Below are positions 23,208 through 34,894 of a DNA stretch of 64,000 bases, piece after piece. Positions within the stretch are counted from its first letter, which is position 1. The number at the start of each line of letters is the position of its first letter. Under the pieces are notes generated by a model. It was not told the origin of the DNA and made no database searches. It was given only the letters and a program-made list of their open reading frames with translations. The stretch is from positions 37,138,001 through 37,202,000 of the forward strand of contig OX597820.1 in NCBI GenBank assembly GCA_951406725.2. The letters are read 5' to 3'. Position numbers and translations under genes: made by a program. The stretch comes from Octopus vulgaris. Taxonomy: Eukaryota.

Positions 23208-24031
23208 TAAGGTGTTCAGGCTAAATTAGACAGTTTGCATAAAAGGAAAAGAAAACACAATATTGCATTCTAAAATAAAATATTAAAAAAAATAAAAAAT
23301 ATATCAAGTCGAATATGGCTGGGAGATAACAGTTTACTCAAAGTAGCCTTCCTGAAGATGGTTCTGAAACCTGGTACACACATTCTTCAGTGTTCCTGGA
23401 AAGATCTTCAAACACCTCCTTCACTTTGGACACCAGCTTGGCCTTGGTCTTGCAGGCAGAGTGGCTGTTGTCTTTCTCAACCATACCCTACACATACTAA
23501 TCCATGGGATTACCATTGGGGGAATTAAAAGGCCAGAAATCGGGGCTTGTGAAGTTATAAAAATATCCCAACAGTTATCTCGGACTCTTTTCAGAGGTAT
23601 AAAGGATCTGCTGCTGCCACACATTGCCTTTCAGCAGCTTCACACAGTAGCCTGAATTAAGCCTGAGGCCCTGTTAAAAGATTTGGAATGGCATGATGTC
23701 ATCCTCACTGTAGACACACCCAAAGACCAGCACGGTTTGAGGGAACTTGGTTTTATGATGTACATGTCAAGTCTTACAACCTTTACAGTGTTCACAGAGC
23801 ACTGAGCAGCAGTTGTAGTGTCAGCATTTTGATACCAGGTATGAATCATCATGATACATGTAAGTTTTTACCGATATTCATATGGTTCCCAATCCTCCAT
23901 GTCAGCTGCCTTTTTTTCAACTACACCTTTAATCTTTATGCTCTCCAATGTCATTATCTGTTCATCAATACATCAAGCTGTTCCTGAAAAAAGATTTGTA
24001 AAAATCGTCAAATTAGCCGAAACACCCTGTA
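23208..24031 (-). mobile_element. Second Tc1/mariner-superfamily element directly adjacent to the previous one
   Basis: Inverted ends GGTGTTCAGGCTAAATTAGAC and GTCAAATTAGCCGAAACACCCTG-TA. Minus-strand FWPFNSPNGNPMD resembles WPPNSPDLNPMD. Confidence 0.75.
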
Positions 24032-25059
24032 CATATATGTATCTCCTTGTCTTGACATTGGGTGATAGTCATGAACAAGCATCACCATCTTACAAGTAAT
24101 GCCATGTGCTTCCAATTTTCTGTGTAAACATGTTTAGCCATGGGGAAATATTACCTTGTTTAGAAACAAGTGAGGGGTAATGATGGGAAGGCAACAGACT
24201 AGGAAATCTACCAGAACAAATTCCATCTGAGCCATGGAAAATTGGATATTAAAACAACGATAATGATAATTTGTTAAAAAGTAGCTAAACTATTGAAATC
24301 TGTTTACCGACAGTAGAGATACATTATTATATGAAACAACAGTAAACTATATTACTGACCACAATACCTCCGGATAAAAATTATTAAGAACATTTGAAGA
24401 CATACATGTCATGAAAATATTCTATGCTTTTATTTCATTAAGAATAGATATTGAACAATTCTATATATTTTCTCATATTTAGTAACAGTTTACCTAAATA
24501 TTGTAAAGAAGCTATTGTTATGTGCTAGTAGTTCATCAATTGTGGCTTGAATATTATTTAGTGGCATGAGTTTGACATCTTTACACATAGAAAAATCTAT
24601 TATCACATCTAGAATATAAAATATATCACAGAAGTATATCATGGATCAGTTTCACCTATGGCTGTGCGGTTAAGAGGTTTTGCTTCCCAACCACATGGTT
24701 TCAGACTCAGTCACACAGGGTGGCACATTGGACAAGTGTCCTCAACTATAGCCCCAATCTAACCAAATCCTTGTAAGTGAATTTGGTGAACAGACGTACA
24801 TACATATGTATGTATGTATATCTGTCTGTCAAATATATGTGTGTGTATGTATGCATGTGTGTGCATTTTCTGTTAAAATATGATATAATACAAATAAATC
24901 AAGTAGTACAGACTTTATCAGACATACATACATGGTGTAATAATTCAGTATTTGCAGGAAGTGCTTTACTTCAATAAATATACACCTGAGTAAACATGTT
25001 TGTTGTAATGCTATACAGAAATCACCATTTAAAAAAAAATGGTCTTCTTTTAGATATAG

Positions 25060-25400
25060 ACACAAGAATAGCTGTGTCGTAAGTAGCTGGCTTACCAACC
25101 TCATGGTTTCAGGTTCAGTCCCACTGCATGACACCTTGGACAAGTGTCTTCTACTATAGCCTCAGGCCGACCAAAGCCTTGTGAGTGGATTTGTTAGATG
25201 GAAAATGAAAGAAGCCTGTCGTATATATATATGTGTGTGTGTATCTGTGTCTGTCCCCTCAACATCGCTTGACAACCAATGCCGGTGTGTTTACGTCCCT
25301 ATAACCTAGCAGTTTGGCAAAAGAAACCAATAGAATAAGTCCTGGGGTCGATTTTCTCAACTAAAGGCAGTGCTCCAGCATGGCCGCAGTTAAATGACCA
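25060..25400 (+). mobile_element. tRNA-headed SINE family A, ending ~10 bp from the stop codon of ZNF gene 3
   Basis: B-box-like GGTTCAGTCCC. Body aligns with 53291-53667. Confidence 0.88.
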
Positions 25401-25408
25401 AAAGAATA

Positions 25409-26692
25409 TCATTGATGGGGTTTCTTCTTTGAGTGAGTATGTCTATGTGAAGACAAATTAGATCTTTGAAAAAATGTTTTACCACAGATATCACAGCAGT
25501 ATGGTTTTTCGCCTGTGTGGATGTGTTTGTGGGAAGATAAATTAACACTTTTGGAAAATGCTTTACCACATATATCACAATGGTATGGTTTTTCTCCTGT
25601 ATCAATATATTTATGGCATGATAAACGACCTCTTTGAGAAAATGTTTTACCACAGATATCACAGTGGTATGGTTTCTCTCCTGTGTGAATATGTCTGTGG
25701 CAAGACAAATGGCCAATTCTAGAAAATGTCTCACCACAGATATCACAGTGATATGGTTTCTCTCCGATATGGATACGTTTGTGAGAAGATAAGCAGCCAG
25801 TTTGGGAGAACGTTTTGCCACAGATGTTGCAATCATATGGTTTCTCTCCTGTGTGGATGCGTTTATGGGAATATAAATTACTACTTCTAGCAAATGTTTT
25901 GCCACAGATAGCACAGGGGTATGGTCTCTCTCCAGTATGAATATATCTGTGTTGAGATAAATGACCACTTTCAGAGAATGTTTTACCACAGATATCACAC
26001 TGATATGGCTTTTCCTCAGTGTGAATGCGTTTGTGTCGAGACGAATGAGCACCTCTGGAAAATTTTTCACCACAAACATCACAACCATAAGGTTTCTCCC
26101 CTGTGTGAATACACTTACGTTCAGATAAATAACCTCTCTGACAAAATGTTTTACCACAGGTATCACACTGATATGGTCTTTCTCCTGTGTGAATATATGT
26201 ATGACGAGATAAATGGCCCTTTTGAGAGAATGTTTTGCCACAAATATTACAGTGATATGGTTTCTCACCAGTATGAGTATGTTTGTGTTGAGATAAATGT
26301 GAATTTCTAGAAAATGTTTCACCACATATATCACAATGGTAAGTTTTTTCTCCAGTGTGAATTCGCCTGTGTTCAGATAAATGACCCCTTTGAGAGAATG
26401 TTTTACCACAGCTGTCACAGTGGTATGGCCTCTCTTCAGTATGAATACGTATATGGTGCAATAATACATTGCTTGTAGTGAATATTTTACCACAAACCTC
26501 ACAATGGTATTGCTTTGACACTGAGTGAATTAATTTATGCTGATTTAAACTATTTTCTACTGTAAACAACTTCCCACAGATGTTACAACAGAGTGATTTC
26601 TCTTCTGTATTTTCCTGTATCTGATCAAATATATCAATAGTTTCAGTTTCTGTTCTACTCATAACCAGGTTATCACATAATTTCTCCTCCAT
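25409..26692 (-). CDS. C2H2 zinc-finger protein (gene 3), 427 aa, 14 finger units (12 canonical), inverted relative to its neighbours
   Basis: Tandem C2H2 motifs with TGEKP linkers. F6 has His to Arg and F12 has His to Asp. Confidence 0.95.
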   Translation of the reverse strand: MEEKLCDNLVMSRTETETIDIFDQIQENTEEKSLCCNICGKLFTVENSLNQHKLIHSVSKQYHCEVCGKIFTTSNVLLHHIRIHTEERPYHCDSCGKTFSQRGHLSEHRRIHTGEKTYHCDICGETFSRNSHLSQHKHTHTGEKPYHCNICGKTFSQKGHLSRHTYIHTGERPYQCDTCGKTFCQRGYLSERKCIHTGEKPYGCDVCGEKFSRGAHSSRHKRIHTEEKPYQCDICGKTFSESGHLSQHRYIHTGERPYPCAICGKTFARSSNLYSHKRIHTGEKPYDCNICGKTFSQTGCLSSHKRIHIGEKPYHCDICGETFSRIGHLSCHRHIHTGEKPYHCDICGKTFSQRGRLSCHKYIDTGEKPYHCDICGKAFSKSVNLSSHKHIHTGEKPYCCDICGKTFFQRSNLSSHRHTHSKKKPHQ

Positions 26693-26988
26693 GACTTTCT
26701 CTTTAAATTTAGTGTTTTCTTTGTATATTCATAATAGAAATATATCTATATCTATATTTACTTTCCCACTCTGATAGCCTTTACCAAAGTCTGATGATGT
26801 CTCATCTACTAAGAAATATTTTCCAATAAACATTTGTGTACTTTCACAAATAATGCCAACTCCAAGGAAATATTTTACATCCATTAAACTGAAGGCTGAC
26901 ATTAGCTTGATGAATATATTTCTAGTCTTCAAAATTTGATTCTCTAATCTTTCAGTGATATATTCTTATCTCAATGCCATCAGGTATC
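26693..26988 (-). other. Putative 5' leader part of the coding exon of ZNF gene 3 (uORF MALR* at 26980-26966)
   Basis: Minus-strand TTTCAG|G at 26989/26988 with upstream TTAAC. Homologous to paralog leaders. Confidence 0.65.
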
Positions 26989-28479
26989 CTGAAATTAGAA
27001 ACACAACATAAGACAGGGATAATGAAATGTTAACATAAAAGTTATTGGAGAGAGGATATTTGAGTGCAGATATTGAAAGTTAGAAGAAGCATAATATATT
27101 CACAGAGAGAAGACATTGTGGCAGTATAAATATATGGGAGGAAATGGATAATGAAGACATCGAAAAATGACCACTGGTCACTATGACATCAATCTCTGCA
27201 ATTAATTCAGATATTTTTATAAAGATAAGAATGATATTTCTCATCATCAGCCATTGTATACACAGAGCATTTTACAAAACTTTATGGTACTGTATTGACT
27301 GAATCTATGATGAAAAGGACTAAATAAATAAATAAATGTTTATCTTCAAATCATCCTTTAAGTTGTGTCAATAGAATATTTAATTAGGATTGACATGGTC
27401 TAAATTCATCAAATTGTTGTTAAAGTCCATTATATCACAAATGAACACCATATATTTCAAATCTGACAAAATTAAAGGAGCAAAGTATTGTATGATCACA
27501 GCAATACTTCCAAAAACATTGTTGAAATAAGAAAAGTGATGTTCTCTTTTTATGTTAATAATTATTACATAGAAATGACTGATTTTAGTTTGAAGAATTA
27601 AATATTTAAAATTATCTTTAATTGTTAATAAGTTAGTGATGTTTAGTATTTTAAAGGATGAGATGTGCAGTGTACAATAGAGTTTCAATCTTTTTATTTA
27701 TCAAAACAAGAAACACTACTTTCATTGAAATTGTAATAGTTTGTTATCTGTAGCGAAAATAGTTGAATGATATAATCTTGCAAGAAGTGTTATAGAGTAA
27801 TCTCCCTTTATGAGAAGTAATTCTTAATTATTCAAGAAGCTTCGTGTTTCTCTTGGAAGTTTCTAGGATGTCTAGCGTTCTATTAATAAAAACAGTTTGC
27901 ATACCCTGCTCTTTGCTTCTTTGTCGATCAGACTCAGAACCAATCACGTCGTTGCCATGTCTATCTATTTCTCTATGCCACATTACTAAAAACCACTATT
28001 TAGCTGTTATTTCTACATTACTGAACTTTCTTGCATAGATTATTTCATTCAATAAGTTTCTACATTTTCATTATGTTTCATCGACAACTAGTGAATAAAC
28101 TATGTTTTATGTAATAAATATACAGTTCCTAAATTTATTCTTCTTCTCTGAAAGAATTCTTATAATAAGATACATGCAGCTTTTCTAAACATATATTCAC
28201 ACTACAAAATCATTTATAAAATATTGGAAAGATAAAGTTTTCTGAAACTATCTACTACAAATTTGAGACATCTGAATGTCTCAGTAACATCAAGAATATC
28301 TCAGTTACTGGACCGCTAGAAAAATGGAGTTAACCATTTAACTGGAGCAATGTATTTCTCTTTGACATAATATACCTGTTATTTACGAAACGTAATGTAA
28401 ACATTGTTGGCAATGTTAGCAACAAAAATGCCCTGGATAAGATATAATACATGAGAGTCAACCCCTTATGTATTATTTT

Positions 28480-28960
28480 AAAATAAAATACATTTTCTGA
28501 AAACTAGATTAATTTACGAACTTTAAAAGAATTAGAAAAACGTGAAAGAATGAAATAAAGTAATAATGAAGAGATAAGAAAAAACAGGATCTTGAAGGGA
28601 GCAAGGTTGGTGTAGATGAAGTATGAATGTAAATATATAATAGAGATTTTGTATAAAAGAAACGTGTAAATTATATATAAATGATACTTACATAACTACT
28701 TAGTTTTAAGATAAATTAATGAGAAACGTACCGAATAGTGAGACTTGAAATTGATGAGCAGAACTTTCAACTTTTCTTACAAAATATCTCTATTGTCTTC
28801 TGGTTAATGAAAAATCTCATAAGTTTATTAGAAATAATATAACTGCAATGTTTACATATTTATTGAGGTGTGGGGTTGACATACCGGAAGTGACATTGGA
28901 TTGTGTGGTAAAAACTTACCTCTAATCAATAGAGATTTATTTATTTTTATTTTCCAGATT
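28480..28960 (-). promoter_or_regulatory. Conserved upstream block, copy 3 (consensus donor AG|GTAAGT at 28920/28919)
   Basis: Minus strand CTCTATTGATTAGAG|GTAAGT, CACTTCCGGTATGT and CATTAACCAGAAGACAATAGAGATAT. Its orientation follows the inverted gene. Confidence 0.7.
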
Positions 28961-28999
28961 TATCGTCTGCGAGTTGTAATTTGGCGTTTCTCAAATTAT

Positions 29000-29580
29000 C
29001 CAGTCACATCTGTGATGTCTGTTGTCAAACATTCTATGGTAGAAGTGTGGTGTTAACATAAAAGCCATACCACTGGAATATCTGATAAAATGTTTGCTAG
29101 AATTGCTGAAATCTTACCGTATTCGTAGCCACACGTTGGAAAGACCATACCATAGATCTATGGTAAAATATTTTCTAGAGATATTGAATTGGGATCTTTT
29201 CACTAGAATTGTATTCACACAGGAGAAAAACAATAACATTCTCTCTAAGTAGTACTTTATTTCAACACAAATGCATTCACAAAGGTAAAAAGTATATCAA
29301 CTGATTTCTGAGGTAAAACATCTTTCCCACACTTGTAGTTCAGAACGACGCATATTTTCAAGAGAAAAGCCATACTACTGTCATATTTGCAGTGAAGCAT
29401 TTTCAATTGCGAATTCAACTCGGCATAAAACCACACAGAAGTGAAACAATATCAATATGATATATAGAATAAATCTTTTTATACAAATATTGAATTGTCT
29501 TCCTACATACATACTCACACAAAAGAAAAAGGTGTACTACAGTGTAATATTTGTGGTAAAATATTCTCCCAAAATGACTG
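29000..29580 (+). pseudogene. Decayed C2H2 zinc-finger array
   Basis: Broken finger and linker codons TGTGATGTCTGT, AAGCCATACCAC, ATTCACACAGGAGAAAAA, GAAAAGCCATACTACTGTCATATTTGC, TGTAATATTTGTGGTAAAATATTCTCC, with many stops and indels. Confidence 0.85.
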
Positions 29581-29849
29581 GATATTATTGGTAATTATGA
29601 TACATCCCCTGGAAGTGGGGATAACTTTAATAAATGAAAACATTTTGTATGCTATTGGACATACCGTCATTGCCTATATATGAATACATATTTGTGTGTA
29701 TGTATGTGCATGTTTTATATACATACATACACACACACACTTATATATATATATATTATCTCATCTAACAGTGCGGAATTCCTTATGTAGATCAAGCGGA
29801 GATATACCCCAACCGTGGATGACAGCAGCTAGCCAAAACTGGTAAGGCC

Positions 29850-30460
29850 TTCAGGTTGGTTGGCACCAACGCGTCTGGCATGCCACACAAACAGGATGAG
29901 TTCTATCGACGCCTGGAGAACTTTCTTGTGACATCGAAGACACTAGTTTTGCTAGGTAATCTTAACGCTATTCTGGATGCACGACTGGATAGCGTAGGCT
30001 CGAATGTTAGGAAGTGTAATTCACGCCTCGTCGACCTGCTGAAGCGATTTAGGGTGGCAGATCGATACAGACTTGATAACCCGAGCGACTGATCTATCAG
30101 GTCTTATATAGACAGAATAATAGTTAATGCTAGAGATAAGTCTAGTTTAAGCTGTCCACAGTTTACCTATGTACCCTACACGGATCACAAATTAGTGACG
30201 TGAAGGCTGGATATAGATAATGTTCGTAGACAGGAAACTGGCTATTGGAAGTTAAACAAGTCCCTATTGGATTGCGAAACTTACCGTAGGTCACGATAGG
30301 GTCTGTGGTAGACGAGCATGGACAGGAGATCCAAGGACAAGAAGAGATGTGCAAGGCCTTTCGCGAGCATTTTGCCATGTTGTTCGGGAGGAACGGGGCG
30401 CTGGAACAAGAAGATGCCCTCCAGCACTTCCTGGCTGGCGGCCCGCGTCTTTCGGTTGCG
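29850..30460 (+). mobile_element. L1/Tx1-like non-LTR retrotransposon relic (APE endonuclease region)
   Basis: LVLLGNLNAILD (GDFN motif), SYIDRIIV, YTDHKLV and GYWKLN motifs. Locally GC-rich and follows a (CA)/(TA) tract. Confidence 0.75.
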
Positions 30461-30849
30461 ATTGGCTGGGTTGCACAGTGGCGCGTAATACAGCAAGAAA
30501 CAAATTGCGCCAATACCAACCAATCAGAATAGTGGACACAACAGGGCCCAAGGTTGGCTGTTATCTGCTACGTCCGTATTTGTTTTGTATATGTCAGAGA
30601 GATAGAGGATTAATTTCACTAAGGGTACGCTACAGAGGCATCCGCCGTCTTGTATACCTCTCTTTGTTGAATCTTGCTACGTTTACAGAGGAAACAATAT
30701 GTAACAACGGACAGAAAACAGTCAAGTGCTCAAGAAGTTACTCCATTAATTGTCTGACCTTTATTTTTCATAGATCTAAAGTAATGCTTAGATCTTGAGT
30801 ATAGAACGATGATTATAATCAGCGTAATGTGCCAACAAACACGATAGTA

Positions 30850-32800
30850 ATTTTTTTTAAGCCTAAAGTTTACATGACGATTTAGAGAAAAAGGAAGATG
30901 AAACTTCTAATGAGAAATCCCTTATGGCTAGTAAAACTTAGTTTGAAATGTTTAAGAAGCGCATGAATTTGATGAAACTGAAATTTTCTGGAGACACATG
31001 CCTGCTAGAACTTTTATTTTTCGAGGAGAAAAGTCGACACCGGGAGTTGTAGCTTCCAAAAAATCGTCTAACATATCTTTTGGGAGGAAATGCAGCTGGT
31101 GATATGAAATTAAAGCCTACTTATATATATCACTCCCCAAATCCAAGGGCTTTCAAGTGTTACACTTAATTTTAGCATCCTCTGATTTGGTGTTCAAATA
31201 AGAATGGTCTAGATAATCTTTGAAAGCGTGATTTACAATCCTTTTTGGATCTTACACATTCTACCAGTATACGAAGTTTCAAATTGTTTAGTTAACTAGA
31301 AAATTCCGTCCATCAAAAGGAAAAGATCCACGTGTTTTCATCCTGTTGTATAAAGGTACAGTGCCAGACATAATATTTCCAACAAAGCATTACTTCTTTT
31401 AGACAATGCACCGGGCCACTCAGTAAACTTAGAAGACCTTTCTGATAATATGAAAGTAGAATATATCCCCCCAAAATACAACTTCTTTGCTCCAATCAAT
31501 GGGTCAAGGTGTGATAACTAATGTCAAGGCATATACGAGAAAAACTTTCAAACAACTTATGAAAGCAATTAACAGAGAGGATAGATCTATGGCTTGAGAT
31601 TCCTGGAAGAAATTCAACATAATGGATGCTGATGCTTCGTAGATAACAAAACAACTTTAGATATGTTCTTCACTCCTCATATGATGGTAAATATTGTCCC
31701 TCATCCTCCTAGTAACGTTCATTCCATCAGTGATGTCACTTGACTGTTAACACATAAAGCGCGACAGGCCACGATCGTGGCCGTCAGACACAGGTCGACA
31801 GACCACGTTCGTGGCCTAGATAGATGTATTTAATTTTTGGGCGTTTATTGTCACTCGTACGCTCCGATACTCCCCAGATTGCATGAGGACTAATAGTTCA
31901 ACTAATGACTTTTCAGATAATGTAAAACTTGCCACCATTATATACTAAGAAGATATTTTAAGTATTTTTTGTTTATTATGCGTGCACGGTAGTCTCATTT
32001 TCATAAAATGTGCTCAGCAGTCCGTGCTATGTAAGTGCAAATCCCAGCGCTTTATGGGTTAAAGTGTATTGTGACGTGGTTAATTGGTCTGTGGTGGTGA
32101 CTGGCTGAGTTGACGAATGAACATATTATTCTTGGGCTGCGTGAAAAAGTAACTGATTAAGTTGAACTGCGATGGTCTTTTACAGATAACGACAGCAATA
32201 ATAGCATACTAGGAGCGGTACAGTGCCTGGAGTTTACGGCAAGCTACTGATACAGCAACATGTGGCTTGCCTAACAGAAATGGAAACAACTGTGCGATAT
32301 TCATGCTGACAGAAGTAGTTGGTAAGCTGTCTGGTGAGGCAAGAATGGAGACACATCTCACTTAGCCGCCTCAGTATTTTGTAATTACCACCAAAAGCGG
32401 CCTTTTATATGGCACAAGAAGACTGAATCACGTGATGGCTTGATACTGAGTGGTCGCTTCATAGACTGACCATGTGAAACTACTGTAGTTTATTCGTAAT
32501 GACCCCGCTGCGATGATAAGAATGTTGTCTTACGATATTACTTTTCTTAATCATTCTTTAACGTATTCCTCTTGAAATGTTTTTGTAGTTTTATGTATCT
32601 ATGTTGTATTGTGTATGTTTAGAAATTGTGATTTCCATGTATAAAGGTGATCGTGTTTTTCCTTTTTCGAGAAAGTCCATAGGAACGCACCCCACTTGCT
32701 AATACGAAAGCCCATAGGAAAATTAATTTCGCATTACAGAATTTCGCGTTACGGCTAGATTATCAAGGATGCATTACTTCCCTAAAACGAGAGATTCATT
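30850..32800 (+). mobile_element. Tigger-like (pogo) transposon relic
   Basis: MASKT*FEMFKKRMNLMKLKFSG (CENP-B HTH end), ALLLLDNAPGH, TTSLLQSMGQGVI and WKKFNIMDA fragments. A Tigger-like 3' end lies near 32680-32800. Boundaries are approximate. Confidence 0.75.
31751..32058. mobile_element. piggyBac-type MITE (308 bp) nested in the Tigger relic
   Basis: TTAA|CACATAAAGCGC ... GCGCTTTATGGG|TTAA: TTAA target duplication and 11/12 inverted termini. Confidence 0.85.
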
Positions 32801-33064
32801 TAGTCCTAGATCAAAGTTTCTTTAATTTTCTCGTTCTTTCGTGTCTATTCCCCACTCCACGTCAAAGAAGAAAGTAGTTGGCGATGTTACGTAACTTCGC
32901 CAAGTAGTTTTATATACAACAGTTTAGTGAATATTATTAGCAGCTTTTAAAATCAACATTTTCTGTCCAAAACGCACCTCGGTGTGAACATCGCTATAAT
33001 GCATTTAACCATAGGTCCGCAGATTCAAAGAATACGAAGGACAAAACACCACCTAAACTGTATG

Positions 33065-33610
33065 GCACTCTCTGCTGTTTAGAGGCAAGTTCTTCTTAAT
33101 CAGTGACACTTCCGGTATGTTAACCTCCACACTGAAAGTCTATAAACATTGTTGATATATTATTCTTTCTTTACATGTATTCACAGTGTGAGTAATAACT
33201 AATTAATTTCTGTAGTTAACTTAAGAGGTTGTTCATTAACCAGAAGACAATAGAGATATTCTATAAGTAGTAGTTGAAAGTTCTGCTCAATCTATCTATT
33301 TTCTCATCTATTTCCAAGTCTTACTACTTCACTACATGTCTCATTTCATCTACATTGTTTTGTAAGTATCATTCATAAAGATTTTACAGTTACATATATT
33401 TGTCTCTTTCAAAAATCTTTGTTTAATATTTACAATTTTTACTTTGTCTATCCCATTCTTGTTTCTTACAAAATTCTATTTCATTCTTTAATTTTCATAA
33501 ATTAATTTAGTTTACACGAAATCTTTTTGTTATATATATATATATTCCTCTGTTTCAATCTCCTCCTTTATTTTTATATTTTAAATCCCCGTTATTTATT
33601 CTTACTCTAC
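33065..33610 (+). promoter_or_regulatory. Conserved upstream block, copy 4 (AG|GCAAGT at 33084/33085; alternative CG|GTATGT at 33114/33115)
   Basis: CTCTCTGCTGTTTAGAG, CACTTCCGGTATGT, and CATTAACCAGAAGACAATAGAGATAT at 33234. Confidence 0.65.
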
Positions 33611-34894
33611 GTTACGTCATTCAGAGTTCTTTCAACAACATAGTTTTTCCCACTGTCACAATTTTTGTCAGAGACCCAGTCGCTACATTTCCGAGAGATC
33701 AGGTGATAACATGGTCAGTTAATTCATAGTGTATTGTTACACATCATTTCTGGATAATTGGAAATGTAAAATCTTTTACCGGTGTTCCAGCAAAACTGGA
33801 AACCGATCAAGTGGATGGAGAATCATGGTGAAGTGGGGGAATGCATAAACATATCGTGGTTTATTTGAAATATCATAATGGAAACAATATTTTCTGGCGA
33901 TCTTTGGCATTAAGTACATATAACTGCGGAATCGATAAATCGTGGAAAGTACAAGTGTCTTGAGTAAATGAAACGAATATGTAAATGCTTAAAAGTTATT
34001 ACTATAGATTTCCCTAAGGCTGCGAGTTGGTAGAGGTGCTAGCGCGTCGGACAAAATGCTGAATGGCATTTCGTCCGACTCTTAAGTTAAAAATTCTACC
34101 GAGATCGACTTCGCCTTTTATCCTTTTTGGACACATGAGTTCTTTTTGAACACAAGAGTCGATGTAAGCGACTAACCCTCTGTAAAATTACTGGTGCCTT
34201 AATTTGAAACTATTACAGATTTCTTTGTGATAATGCACGCACCACCAGCCTATGTATATGCATGCATCTATTTGACTGGACAGACACATCCCCGTTCACA
34301 AAGTTCCCTTCTGTAAAATTTCAAGTAATATTTTTGTTCACATTTTGAAATGATTTTACGACCTGCAACTTCTCTCTCTCTCTCTCTCTCATGCACGCAC
34401 ACACACACATTTCTCATATATATATTCTAACTTTTAAGCAAATACATATTCGTTTTACTTACTTATGATACCCAAATCTATTTTTGTACTTTCCTTCAGA
34501 TCCAGATTGATTTGGATTTTTAAAACATTTTTATTTTGTTTTTACTTCAGGAAGGGCAAGGTACTTTCATCTTAAAAGTTATCCATTATGAATAATGGAC
34601 CTTCAGTGAGCTACATCTCACAACAAACCAGGACAAAATCAAATGCAAAAAAGGCTATAATTTTAAAGAAAAGTAATTGCATTTCATTTATTTGCTATAA
34701 TTTTCTTCTACTAACTTTTGATCTTAAATATATTGTGGATCCAGTGGAAATAATGGGAATGTCATACTAGTTGCTTATCAGTAACTCAGCTGACACTGCA
34801 ATGTCCAATCTGTTATTGACTTTCATTGTTGAATACTTCTGTTACTTAATATTTTCATTTGCTCACAAGAAATAAAATTTTGACAGAATAAAAG

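Noticed and set aside
25921-26310. Antisense ORFs over finger arrays (also 43601-43903, 62243-62473)
   Set aside because: Periodic MFYHRYH pattern is just the reverse complement of the finger repeat.
25390-26502. 370-aa alternative-frame ORF over gene 3 (likewise 43295-44008, 14639-15007, 62603-62944)
   Set aside because: Shifted-frame shadow of the repetitive finger codons (VISVVKH... pattern), which rarely create stops in this frame. The longest starts at GTG and there is no independent evidence.
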